A DNA stretch of 63,914 nucleotides, the filler included, from Cystobasidiomycetes sp. EMM_F5 (Eukaryota): NCBI GenBank assembly GCA_051047955.1. It is 25 parts of 25 records of this genome, joined end to end, with 100 filler letters (N's around TTAATTAATTAA, not from the genome) between each part and the next. Parts side by side here need not be neighbours in the genome. Positions count along the whole stretch, not along the records: positions 11,843 to 12,968 come from JBPGPT010000167.1; positions 13,069 to 14,189 come from JBPGPT010000168.1; positions 14,290 to 15,405 come from JBPGPT010000169.1; positions 15,506 to 16,609 come from JBPGPT010000170.1; positions 16,710 to 17,791 come from JBPGPT010000171.1; positions 17,892 to 18,954 come from JBPGPT010000172.1; positions 19,055 to 20,114 come from JBPGPT010000173.1; positions 20,215 to 21,247 come from JBPGPT010000174.1; 17 more parts are not named here. One strand, given 5' to 3'. The notes beneath the pieces are model-generated. The model was not told the DNA's origin, ran no database searches, and was given only the letters and a program-made list of their open reading frames with translations. Numbering within the stretch: the stretch's first letter is position 1; each line of letters starts with the position of its first letter. Both the position numbers and the translations under genes were made by a program. Positions 11,843 through 22,712 of the stretch are shown here, in pieces.

Positions 11843-12968
11843 GCCTCCTCCTCTCGGCCTTTTGCAATGAGGAACCGAGGAGTTTCTGGAATGATGAAAG
11901 TCTGTTCGCACAAAGCAGTAGATCGTCATTTCTGGGAGACTTTGTGAATGAAGTACAGCATAGCGTACTGCGAACACGACTAGTGCAGCCGTTAGCGAAT
12001 GCCAGCAGTAGATAACGAGAATGGGCAGTCGCGACTTACTGTAAGCTGCTGGTACCATCTGAATGAGGTATGGAATGCGCTGTAGGGCAAAGAAAGCGGC
12101 ACCACACGGTCAGGCGGACCACTGATTCCAATGTAGAACTTATCGCCTACCCAAGACCACGAGTTGCCGATGAAAGAGGTGCCGAAAGTAACAAAGCTAG
12201 CGACAGTGCTACCGAGAACCTATCCAGGCGACTGTCGTCAGTGCGGAAGTTGTGGCTGCTTGAGACTGGAATTGCAATACCCAGTTCGCGTCATAAAGGC
12301 CGGCCATGACTGCTCTAGTACGGGGATGCGTAACCTCCTGCATGCATACTGCGGCCGTCATAGGAGATTGCTCAACATCTTATTGATTTTGGCCTGCAGA
12401 TCAGCTAGACGTACTAATGGAGGTAATAAGTCCAGCCTGCATGCCAGCGCCTATGATGGCTTTGCTAGCGAGGAAAAGGCCGTAGCCAGCATCGCCGTGT
12501 ACCGATCCAGCGCACACACCAAGCACTGTGCCGACGCACATTGTGACTCCATAGCTGGGATGCGCTCCATTCAGTCAGCATGCGCTGTCGCTTCGTATAT
12601 CGGCTGTGCATCTCACAATCTCAATGGCCACCGTCGTCCGTACTTATCACAGATGTAAGAATTCAAAGGTCCAATCAGAAATCCGGTGATGCTAGAGATA
12701 GCGTTGAGCAGTCCGATACGAGCAGAATCTGGGTAGCCTAGATCTGCATGCCATGAAGGGAGGGCTTGAAAACCGCCGACGATAGTTCCGTCTGAACCGG
12801 GTTGGATGTAAGTTTGGCATCAGCTTGGCTGGATTGCATAGAGATGATAGGCGATGACTCACCAAAACCACACAGAAATTCTGCCTGGAACATGATGCTG
12901 ATGATGAAGAGAAGCTGAGCAAGAGGACCGGATAAGTCAGGGTCATCTGGCCGCAACCATCTCGGGAA
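11843..12968 (-). CDS. MFS sugar porter, lactose-permease-like (partial, many introns)
   Basis: Exons read CDKYGRRWP, HPRTRAVMAGLY, VASFVTFGTSFIGNSWSW, RIPYLIQMVPA, PETPRFLIAKGREEE. Confidence 0.85.
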
Positions 12969-13091
12969 NNNNNNNNNNNNNNNNNNNNNNNNNNNNNNNN
13001 NNNNNNNNNNNNTTAATTAATTAANNNNNNNNNNNNNNNNNNNNNNNNNNNNNNNNNNNNNNNNNNNNTCGATTGTAGATGTAGAATACGT

Positions 13092-14188
13092 TGTAATATG
13101 TATTATATTAAACGTAGATGTAAGAAAGGAGGAGGATTGATGTCAATAGAGAGAACCGAAGTGGGGAAATGCACTTCGGGGATATCTGCTCGGCGCCAGG
13201 GAACCTATTCGACCTGGTGCTGGGCAGGGGTGATGCAGGATGTCGTATCCACGCGATATCTAGATCCTTTACCGGCTAGATATGGCGCAGGGGTGATTGA
13301 AGTGCCACTTCAGGTAGAACTGGAACCGCTCGTACTGAAGTGGTGGGCGAAGTTGACTGGAGACAACCGAAGTAAATGTACTTCGAAACACAGTGCACTG
13401 GGCAGACTCTTGCGATATGGCAACGAGGATGCTCGGGTGTGCTAGTTTGTGTTCTTATTGTTCCGGCAAAACCAAGTCTAGTGCTACAACAACTACAACT
13501 CGTGAAGTAGCGCTAGGCTGTGCTCTTTGGACAGCGAAACACGGTTACTGGCCGGCGGTAATTCAGTAAACCGGTGTTGGGGTCCGAACACCCAAAGCTT
13601 ACAATAAAGGAAGAGGTTTGGGTCGTCAGGAAGTCATCCGAGGCGACCGAAGTGGAGTCGAAGTGGAACCGAAGTGACTTCCGAAGTGGTCGAAGTGGGC
13701 CGAAGTGCTCAAGTAGCCCGAAGTGCACTTCGGGTCTGAAGTGAGACCGAAGTCGAAGTCGAAGTGGCCGAAGTGGCACTTCGGGTGGCGACTGAAGTGA
13801 ACTGAAGTGCCGAAGTGAACTTCGGGTTGACTTCTTACCACAAGTACGGATGACCCTGGAAGAGGGAAAAAGGGGTTGTAAATACTAACTAAATAATACT
13901 AATAAACGAGTGTGGATGGAACGGAAGTGACAGTGGAGGAGGAGGAAGTGAACGAGGATGAAGTGAAGCGAGTCCGAAGCGAAGTGAGGAGTTCCGAAGT
14001 CCACGAAGTGGGCGCCAATATACCAAAGAGTCCTGTGTATAGTAGATGCTCACGTAACGTGGCTCGTTGTTGTATAATACCGAGAAGTACGCGGTATACA
14101 GTGGAACTGCTTACTTGTAAGGCATAAAGCCTGAACCTGAAGTCCGAAGAAGCCCGAAGTGGAGACTTCGGTGGGAGCTCGGCTCACA
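13092..14188. mobile_element. probable ~1.1-kb LTR rich in CGAAGT/ACTTCG motifs
   Basis: Begins TGTAAT and ends CTCACA (TG...CA); non-coding; more than 25 GAAGT-core motifs including palindromes such as CCGAAGTGCACTTCGG. Confidence 0.5.
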
Positions 14189-14289
14189 TNNNNNNNNNNN
14201 NNNNNNNNNNNNNNNNNNNNNNNNNNNNNNNNNTTAATTAATTAANNNNNNNNNNNNNNNNNNNNNNNNNNNNNNNNNNNNNNNNNNNN

Positions 14290-15405
14290 AGACAACTCAC
14301 ACTCCCGCTCAGTCCCAAGCTCCAGCTGAAGCGCCAGCTCAGGATCGATCTCAAGATCAAGCTCAAGCACCAACTCAAGTATCAGCTCAAGTATCAGCTC
14401 CATCTCCAACTCCAACTCATACAGCTCAGACTCCACCTCGGACAGCTCAACATCCAGCCCAAACATCAGCTCAAGCTCAAACTCAGCCGTCAGCTCCAGA
14501 TCAAGCTCAAACAGGTCAAACAGGTGATACTCCACCTCATACTCCAACTCGAACACCAGCTCAAGATCAGGCTCAAGCTCAAACTCACACTGAAGGCGAC
14601 ATAACTGCAACACCGGTTCAAACACCTACTCCATCAAAGACTCGGTCTTCCGGCTGGATAACTACAGCGCCTGTGAATGTGAGCCCACCCAGCAATCATG
14701 AAGCAAAATTACCTTCGGATGTCATCACATCGACTCCTGTGTCTACTGGGGCATCTCATTCAGCTAAGCGATCTCCAACGTCGTCACCCACGCCGTCAGT
14801 AACACCCGGAGCCAACGTCAGCAAACTCGTTAGCGAGATAGAGGCTAGGGGAGCACAGTCGGAAGAATCTATAGCCGCAGATCGTGATCTGGCACTCAGA
14901 ATGCAAATGAATTTCGACCGGCGCCAAGCTGTGGAGAATTACGATTTGGCTCTCGCTCGGCACCTGCAAGATGAGCCAACTCGTAGCAACGTCAGCAATG
15001 CGCAACCAGCTCAGTCCACTAGCTCGCAGTCCACTAGCTTGAAGTCCGATAGCTCGTTTTTCTCGACGGAAGGACGCGGGATCACGTCTCGCAGTAAGGT
15101 CGTTGTGGATAGCTCTACGCACAGACCCCCGGCTATGACTGCAGGTGATCGCAGTCAACTCCACAACGTGCCGGGGCCAGTGGGACGATCCAGGGCTGCC
15201 AACAGAAACCTACAGAACGGCACTTTCCTGCGCGACGTCGGCGGGACCGCATCGTTTGAAATCGCGTCTCATCCATCCGGTCGAGTACAGCCTACCTTGA
15301 CGCGTCCACCACCAGTAGGCAATTTGTTCGTCGTCCAACAGCCAGCTGATACGAGGGGCTCTCGAAAGCGCCAACCCTACGCAAAAGATCTAGAAGCGGG
15401 CGATA
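14290..15405 (+). CDS. hypothetical low-complexity P/Q/A/T/S-rich protein (partial)
   Basis: The frame of ORF 14673 is open back to the contig start through PAQ/AQT repeats; contains ADRDLALRMQ and YDLALARHLQDE. Confidence 0.55.
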
Positions 15406-15594
15406 NNNNNNNNNNNNNNNNNNNNNNNNNNNNNNNNNNNNNNNNNNNNTTAATTAATTAANNNNNNNNNNNNNNNNNNNNNNNNNNNNNNNNNNNNNNN
15501 NNNNNATTTCCGGACGCATTTTTTTATTTTTTTTTTAATAAAATAAAAAAAAAAACAACGTAAATACTAAACTGAATTTTAGGCTTTTCACAGT

Positions 15595-15666
15595 AGTCCC
15601 CTCTTGGACTCGAACCAAGAATCCTATCATTAGAAGTGATATGCTTTACCATTAAGCTAAGGAAAC
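15595..15666 (-). tRNA. trnR: mitochondrial tRNA-Arg(UCU)
   Basis: GTTTCCT/AGGGGAC acceptor, TATCA-CT TCT AA-TGATA anticodon arm, CTTGG-TTCGAGT-CCAAG T-arm. Confidence 0.92.
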
Positions 15667-15806
15667 TTATAATTAAGATAAATAGGAAATAGAAAATAGG
15701 AACAATATAATGAGGTTTACATTAAAAACTTTTTCTGATCCCTTCTAAAGCTCTGCTTGAGAAGGGATCAGAACTTATAAGTTATCAGAAAAAGTTTAAT
15801 GGGCTT

Positions 15807-16439
15807 TTAATCTTTAGCTAAAAACTCTTCTTTATCCCCACTCATACATAAAACAATGGGACCAACCATTGCCAATAAAAAAATTACACTAGCAATAATT
15901 AGTCAGAGTGAAGCATACGTGTATAAACTTTGTCCAATACTTTCAATCTGTAAAAAGCTGGTAAAGTTATTATCTGCTCTAAATGCGACGTGAACACTTA
16001 GGTTTGATGTTGCCGCGTTTTCGACCCCTAAAAGACCAGAGTTAAGGTAGTTGAAAATACCTAGCCCTTGTTCTAAAAAGGCAGGAACTTGGTTTAAGCT
16101 CAAGGGCAGAACGGATAACAGCTCAAAAAAGAATAAAGAACCAATAATTGCACCCAGTGGTAGATTTTGTGTATATTCTTGTCCAGTGTCAATCAGTTCT
16201 ACTAATCGTAAATTAAGCATCATAATAACAAATAAAAATAAAATGGCAATAGCACCTACGTAAATAATAAGGTAAGCTAGACCCAGGTAAGCTACGCCTA
16301 GTAATACTAAATATCCAGCCACATTAATAAAAACGGAAATTAAAAACAGTACCGAAATTACCGGATTTTTGGCTGTAATAACCAGAATACCCGAGAGTAC
16401 AGCACCAAAAGCTAATAAATCTAAGAAAAAATTATTCAC
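15807..16439 (-). CDS. nad6: NADH dehydrogenase subunit 6 (mitochondrial, translation table 4, 210 aa)
   Basis: KNPVISVLFLISVF and IIYVGAIAILFLFVIMML; reading TGA (15903-15905) as Trp extends the frame to LLAMVGPIVL...TAA at 15807; GTG start. Confidence 0.95.
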
Positions 16440-16856
16440 TTGTTTAGGTAATTTGAGTTTTTACATATATACTAATTGATCTTAGGTCTTTACCATATAT
16501 CAATGTCCGTATTATAGTAAAAAACAGGTTATTTGTGCATTACAGCCAGTGATCTTACGGTGAATTGAATTCACCAAATTCATCCCATTTTCAGGGCATT
16601 CGCAGTTGCNNNNNNNNNNNNNNNNNNNNNNNNNNNNNNNNNNNNNNNNNNNNTTAATTAATTAANNNNNNNNNNNNNNNNNNNNNNNNNNNNNNNNNNN
16701 NNNNNNNNNTCGATTCATTCTTTTTTAGATAATCTAAAAACAAGCTAATAATACGACCTTCTGGGTTTTTACTTAAAAATAAGGTTGTTGCTTAAGATGT
16801 TACAAAGCAAATCTTAAACGTTTTCAGGGGACCCGTTGGCATGTGCATATTTTCCA

Positions 16857-16961
16857 TTCGCAAACTTCTGAATATTTATAAAATAAATATTCAGAAGTTT
16901 GCGAACTAAAATATGCAACTGCGAATGCCCTGAAAATGGGATGAATTTGGTGAATTCAATT
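16857..16961. repeat. dispersed mitochondrial hairpin-containing repeat
   Basis: 23-bp-arm palindrome at 16857-16905; this element recurs in reverse orientation at 7803-7879 and 16556-16609, both at contig ends. Confidence 0.85.
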
Positions 16962-17052
16962 CCTTTTCATGTTTCGATTATTTCTCTTTTTTAGAGAATC
17001 TAAAAAGAAGAAGTAATCGAAATGAATCTGAAAAAGTAAATCAGAAAATGGT

Positions 17053-17135
17053 TGGACTAAGTGAGAGTTGAACTCACAGGGTCTTTTAACCCGAACATTT
17101 AGCAAATGCCTTACCTCACCGATGGCAGTTAATCC
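17053..17135 (-). tRNA. trnS: mitochondrial tRNA-Ser(GCU)
   Basis: GGATTAA/TTAGTCC acceptor, GGCAT-TT GCT AA-ATGTT anticodon arm, long variable arm, GTGAG-TTCAACT-CTCAC T-arm. Confidence 0.85.
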
Positions 17136-17208
17136 ATATCTTCAGGCGAAGGATCTTATTGCTACTTATTAACTTAGGCTAGGATTAAAAAAAGTCCTTT
17201 TAATCAAA

Positions 17209-17280
17209 AGGGCGCAAGAAGATTCGAACTTCCAACCTAAGAGTTAAAAGCTCTTTGCTCTACCATTGAGCTATACACCC
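17209..17280 (-). tRNA. trnK: mitochondrial tRNA-Lys(UUU)
   Basis: GGGTGTA/TGCGCCC acceptor, GCTC D-stem, AAGAG-CT TTT AA-CTCTT anticodon arm. Confidence 0.93.
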
Positions 17281-17388
17281 CTAATCACGGTGAATTGAAT
17301 GCTCAAAATTTACTTAGAAAAAGCTTAAGCTCCCCTTATTTTTGTTTTTAGGTTAATTTCGATTAAAGTTTAGATTTCTTTTTTCAGG

Positions 17389-17451
17389 TTTCGATTCCTT
17401 CTCAAGCCTATTCGCAGCTCCGCTGCGAATAGGCTTGAGAAGGAATCGAAA
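17389..17451. repeat. perfect 30-bp-arm inverted repeat (mitochondrial hairpin)
   Basis: TTTCGATTCCTTCTCAAGCCTATTCGCAGC-tcc-GCTGCGAATAGGCTTGAGAAGGAATCGAAA. Confidence 0.9.
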
Positions 17452-17515
17452 TGTCTCTGAAAAGGAAAAGGATCGGAATGAGCTGAATTTTTCTAATTCA
17501 ATTCACCGTACCATA

Positions 17516-17588
17516 CTGAGTGAGCTTGATTCGAACAAGCATTGTACACTCCCAAAAAGTGGAGACTTGCCTATTAGTCGATCACTCA
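17516..17588 (-). tRNA. trnQ: mitochondrial tRNA-Gln(UUG)
   Basis: TGAGTGA/TCACTCA acceptor, GACT/AGTC D-stem, CCACT-TT TTG GG-AGTGT anticodon arm, GCTTG-TTCGAAT-CAAGC T-arm. Confidence 0.88.
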
Positions 17589-17659
17589 TAATTTTTGATT
17601 TCATTGTTCCTGACATTACTTTCTTATTGGCATTTTTAGGTTGCTTATTGGAAACAGGC

Positions 17660-17791
17660 AAAAAATAATAAAGTGTCCCAAAAAGACTAAAAAATAATAA
17701 AGTGTCTCAAAAAGACTAAAAAATAATAAAGTGTCCCAAAAAGACTAAAAAATAATAAAGTGTCCCAAAAAGACTAAAAAATAATAAAGTG
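17660..17791. repeat. 29-bp mitochondrial tandem repeat, ~4.5 copies
   Basis: Same unit as at 1-55; one copy has a C>T variant. Confidence 0.92.
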
Positions 17792-17891
17792 NNNNNNNNN
17801 NNNNNNNNNNNNNNNNNNNNNNNNNNNNNNNNNNNTTAATTAATTAANNNNNNNNNNNNNNNNNNNNNNNNNNNNNNNNNNNNNNNNNNNN

Positions 17892-18954
17892 TGTTTGCGA
17901 CTTCCTGGGATGTATGATTGATTCTGTCCAACAGTTTTCCAAAGCGCTCTTTATTCCAGCACTTGTCTTGAGTGTGGTTCGACCAGTATTTATCCGCTAA
18001 CATCAAAACGTCTTTGCAAATTGTGCAAACGAGGTTGCCTTTCTCTCGTTTCGGATTATTTCCGTTGCGTGATGGCGGTGCTGGAGCGCTGACTGACCGA
18101 CTGACTGTAGTGACCACGGCAGGTTTTGTTTGCGTATACAGTGCAAGATCATCTTGATTCTTGTCAAGCATTAATCGTGAGCGAATTTGTTCAATCACTG
18201 CATCCGATTTTAGGTCTGATGGCTTGAGCAAGTCCACAGCGACATTGTTATTCGAATATTCGCGAGGGATCTTGGAGAGTACCATGATTGCTAATTGCCA
18301 ATCCTCGTATTTCAGGCCAGCTTGCAGGAGTTTGTTGGTTACGCCTTGGAATCTTGATATCCAGTCATCAAAGCTATCTTTATCTCCACCCGCCCATCGC
18401 ATCATGCTGTGTTCGACAGCCAAGTTCATGACAACGGCTGTGTTGGTGTCTTTGTAAAATGTGTTGAGTGCTAACCATGCCTGCTTTCCGTCAGGGTCAT
18501 GTTTTGCGACGATATTCTTTGCGGTATCAGAGATATTCATCACAAGGAGTTGATACAGAACGAATTTGTCATTCTTCTCGTCGGCACCTTGAGGTTTAGT
18601 CACTGCACTGTCCACAAGATATCGTAAACCTTGCGTATGGAGCAGCAGAGTGAAAGCTCCACTGAAAGCTGATAGATTACTTCCATTGAAGTGGAACTGT
18701 TCAGGAATAAGGAAATTGGAGATCTTGATTGTTGAGGTCATATTGATTGGATCTTTACTCTGAAGGTCGGGGCTCATAACCCTTCAAAGTTTGGATTGAT
18801 GGATTGATAAGAAAACAACAGCTAACCGCTAACTTACATTGACTTTTATGCAAGCTAATAACTAGCGTTCTACTGACAAACTCCTGTCGCGTTCGACTGA
18901 CACCTGACGTCTTCTTGCTCCGCTTGTTTGACGGTCAAACCGTTCGTTCTGACG
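17892..18954 (-). mobile_element. Ty1/Copia 5' part: LTR end, PBS (18770-18781) and gag ORF (start 18777 or 18741)
   Basis: GGTTATGAGCCC Copia-type half-tRNA-iMet PBS on the minus strand; intronless gag-like ORF (FNGSNLSAF, VLSKIPREYS) with a CCHC knuckle. Confidence 0.85.
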
Positions 18955-19875
18955 NNNNNNNNNNNNNNNNNNNNNNNNNNNNNNNNNNNNNNNNNNNNTT
19001 AATTAATTAANNNNNNNNNNNNNNNNNNNNNNNNNNNNNNNNNNNNNNNNNNNNATTGGTCAGATTCGGTAGCTTGCTGAGATCTATATTGGGAGCCTGT
19101 CAGAAAGCAGCTTCAGTTCACAGCCCCTTGGCAGGACCTCGTAGCTGAACGAGAAGACGGACTCCTCCTGCCGCGTCAAGCTTGTCAGTCCGTCCGTAAC
19201 AATTGGTCGATAGAGTAAGTATTCGTACGAGCTAGTGCATCTTGGACCGATTTGCTGATCTTGGTCTGCCCGAAGCGGTCTTGGGGATGATTAGGGAGGA
19301 TGGCATTGTCTTGACGCGACATTGCCGAGACGTTTATCCGATCTAATTTGGGGAGAAGTGACCGTCTTTATCTTTGACAAAAGCAAGAGATCTCATTCTA
19401 GTCTGCAAGCGGGTTGTCCAGAAACGCATGGGATCAGCGGCCCCGCTCAGAGCGATCGGTCCCGCTGGTGTGCCTCGCGAACCAGGTACACACAGTCTTT
19501 GTCAGCTGGACGGGACGTCCGTCGTGGGATCCGCTTACCCGCGTGAGCCTGAACGAGCATATGTAACCAGTCTGGTATTAAGCTACATGCCGCACAAAAT
19601 ATGGAAGACGGGCAAGCTTGTTTGCATGGGCAAACAATCTCCAATTGTGTGATATGTATACTAGTATGATTAGCCAGCGCTAGAAATTCTGTGAGCACAT
19701 TGTAGGCTGCACTGATGTGGTTTGTATTCTGCGGATTTGGCACTATGAGTGAATCAGACCAACCCGGCGATTCCCAGTCACCGCCAAGACTGCGATGACG
19801 GGCTGGCGGATGACGGGTTGCGAGTCTTTATTGTTCATGCGTCGCTGTAGTTTCCAGCTCGTCTCAAAACGACAA

Positions 19876-20114
19876 TCATTTACTCTTCCAGTCGGTGTCG
19901 TCTAATTGAGGTGGAGACGCGAAGGCTTGAGGATGACTTAGCACCCAATCGGCAACTTCGTGATGCCTTGCTAGCCATATATCGTCTTTGCGGTCGCGAA
20001 GGTAGGTGAGCACGTTTCGCATCACGTCAAGTCGTTCAGCTGTGTTTGTGAGGAACGGGTGGAAGAGAAGGCTCAAGAATCCGCCCTGCTGCAAGACTTC
20101 GTCGAGCCGAGCCA
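19876..20114 (-). CDS. polysaccharide deacetylase (NodB/CE4-like) C-terminus
   Basis: GGFLSLLFHPFL...DIWLARHHEVADWV. Confidence 0.7.
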
Positions 20115-20214
20115 NNNNNNNNNNNNNNNNNNNNNNNNNNNNNNNNNNNNNNNNNNNNTTAATTAATTAANNNNNNNNNNNNNNNNNNNNNNNNNNNNNN
20201 NNNNNNNNNNNNNN

Positions 20215-21198
20215 CCTTGCCTGCCAGAAGGCCCCAATCTGGCAGTCTGCACTTCGTCGAAAATCAAAACGGCTCCGATCTTTGTCGCCAGCTCGCGCAG
20301 CCCCGTCAAAAAGTGTGCGTCGCCAGGAACGCACCCACCAGCCCCCAGCATTGGCTCGACTAGTATCGCAGCGATCTCCGGGCCTTCTCTGGAAGCAAGT
20401 TGAAGTGCATGCGCCAAGTCGTTGTATCGTGCAATGACGAAATCCTACGCATATCTCGACTTCAGCCTTGTTATATGTTATTGATCTCCGATGTGCTTAC
20501 GTAGGGTGCAAGCCAGCCGTTGACTTCGGGCGCTTCGTCTGTCTGCAGCTTGAACGTCGACAGCAGACTGCCATGGTAGCCACCCTCGAAGACCATGACT
20601 TTGCGCCTTTTTGTATATTGAATGGCAGTAGCGATTGCAAAAAAGTTGGCCTCGGTTCCAGAGTTGGTGAAGCGTACCAGATCCACGGAAGGGAAGCGTG
20701 CGGTGATTAGACTCGCTAAATCATGTTCGAGGCCCGTATGGGCCCCCAGCTGTACGTGCCAGCCGACCTGTCAGCGTCTGTTGCCTCGGCCTTGCGAGCT
20801 GCACCTCACCTGCAGTCCCTTTGGCAATGCAGCAGTAACCGCTTCGTGTATAACAGAGTTCGTCTTGCCGTAAATCCCACTGGTAAAGTCGCTGACCCTG
20901 GGTATCAGGAAACATTGCACGAATATTGACATTTCGGCGTGAGTGTAGCTTCGACTCGACAATCTCAGCCGGCCGCTTACATATCAACATAGACATGTCC
21001 ATCAACATCTTCCAGCCGTGTATCATAGCCTCTTGCGATGTAGAGCGGGAAAGGATGGATGAAAATCGAAGACCGAGTACTACCTCCCGGAAGATGCTGA
21101 GCTGCTTTCTCGAAAGCCATCTTTGACTTCGGATTTGACTCGGCATATGATGCCCGCGCCTCCTCGTATGCAGCGGTAAGCTTTGATGTTCCGTCCAT
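20215..21198 (-). CDS. class III PLP aminotransferase, glutamate-1-semialdehyde aminomutase-like (5' part)
   Basis: [53 protein letters not shown]. Confidence 0.92.
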
Positions 21199-21475
21199 CG
21201 TGCACGTCAGTGGAGAGTTCGGAAACTGCAGTGAGCCTGGTCAAGTTNNNNNNNNNNNNNNNNNNNNNNNNNNNNNNNNNNNNNNNNNNNNTTAATTAAT
21301 TAANNNNNNNNNNNNNNNNNNNNNNNNNNNNNNNNNNNNNNNNNNNNTTGATGTTGTATGACGCAATGCATTCACTGGCACTGACATAGCACCTCAGCAT
21401 AACAACAAAGCATCTGTAGCTATATGACAGTCAGCATGGTGAACGCTAAGTCCTTGCTTGCAGAATGAATCGTGA

Positions 21476-22203
21476 CTATTCTGGCCTCGGTACCGCAATG
21501 TCCTTGTGGCCAGCTACATCGGTAGCGCGCAAGAATCGCGATACCATGTTGTAAACTGCAGCGGTGACTGAGATCTCGGTCAGTTGCTGCTCCACGGTGA
21601 TGCCACGTTCCTTTCGCTGGTCGTTCTGTTAGAGAACAGCTCGAAGTTTTGCCCAGGTCGTGTCGGAGATTGTGCTGTTTCTAGTGAGTTCGTCTGCACT
21701 GGCCAGATAGGCTCTGCAAAGGCGACAGAAGGCCTTCTTCATGAGGTCTGCCTGCAGGATGTTCGAGGTCACGAATCGCGGCGAGTCGGCCGGTGGTTAG
21801 GCCGGCATCTCTGGCGACGTGCTCGTGATGAATTCACTCGTACGCGGCGCCGTTGATTGCAGCGACACGCAGTATCTGTGTGACAACTGGCTAAACTTAT
21901 ATTACCAATGCTTGCGTGCGTGAAATACTTGCGATGATTTCTCGGAGATCGTCAGGAAGGGAGTTCTTCGTTCGCGTAGCTCCAAGGAGCGCATTCCAGC
22001 CGTTCTATGCAATGCAAAGTCAATCTCAATGGTTATACATATCAGCGACGGAGACTTGCGGCAATCTCCGGGGCATTGAGCAATGCAGCGTCGAGAGACG
22101 TTATTCCTCGAGCTCCACGTCTTTCACGGATGCGGTCAGCAATATCCGACGTGCCGGGCGCAGGATAGGCTCCGGTAAGCCTTGTCGATTCATCTTTAGC
22201 CAT
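21476..22203 (-). pseudogene. AhpD-like / carboxymuconolactone decarboxylase family pseudogene
   Basis: Spliced frame IADRIRERRG..LDAALLNAPEIA|NGWNALLGATR..LREII|ILRVAAINGAAYE*IHHE...YNMVSRFLRATDV; stops at 21834-21836 and 21629-21631, frameshift near 21713. Confidence 0.78.
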
Positions 22204-22712
22204 TCCAGTCGATTTCGAGGAATCGGCAGTGGTTCAAGCTGATTGCCTATACGTAGGCTGCATAGCGGCTGACATGCCTTTCGTTGCCGTTGCCGGATTT
22301 CAAGTACTGACCTCCGCACATAGACTCACTCCGACGCCCGCGTCTCTTCTCCCCAGCCGCGTTATGACGTGTGNNNNNNNNNNNNNNNNNNNNNNNNNNN
22401 NNNNNNNNNNNNNNNNNTTAATTAATTAANNNNNNNNNNNNNNNNNNNNNNNNNNNNNNNNNNNNNNNNNNNNATATTCAGGATCTTGATTGGAAGCATC
22501 CTGCTTTCAGGTGGAAGCCATGATGTCGACCAGGAAATTGTCAGGAGGGTCGAAAGTCAAAGATAGCGATTGAATGTGACTCGTGATGTTTTTGTAGACA
22601 GTGACTATGGAAACCTTAAATTGTTCGAGTCGGATTGATTTGCTTCTCACGCCGGAATCGTTGGTTCACTTTGCATCACCCTCATCGCCGTTTGATGCAA
22701 GAATAACAAGCG

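Noticed and set aside
14242..14625. Minus-strand (EL)n ORF
   Set aside because: Antisense shadow of the hexamer-like repeats in the plus-strand ORF.
15903..15905. Premature stop in nad6
   Set aside because: TGA=Trp in the mold mitochondrial code; conserved sequence continues to TAA at 15807.
17660..17791. 29-bp repeats as CRISPR
   Set aside because: Head-to-tail copies with no unique spacers; a mitochondrial VNTR.
1..17791. Mitochondrial pieces as NUMTs
   Set aside because: No junction with nuclear sequence is visible and the genes are intact; most simply fragments of the mitogenome, though coverage would be decisive.
21834..21836. TGA recoding (Sec/Trp) in the AhpD/CMD gene
   Set aside because: The same gene also has a TAA and a frameshift, and other nuclear genes here use TGA as stop; pseudogenisation is simpler.
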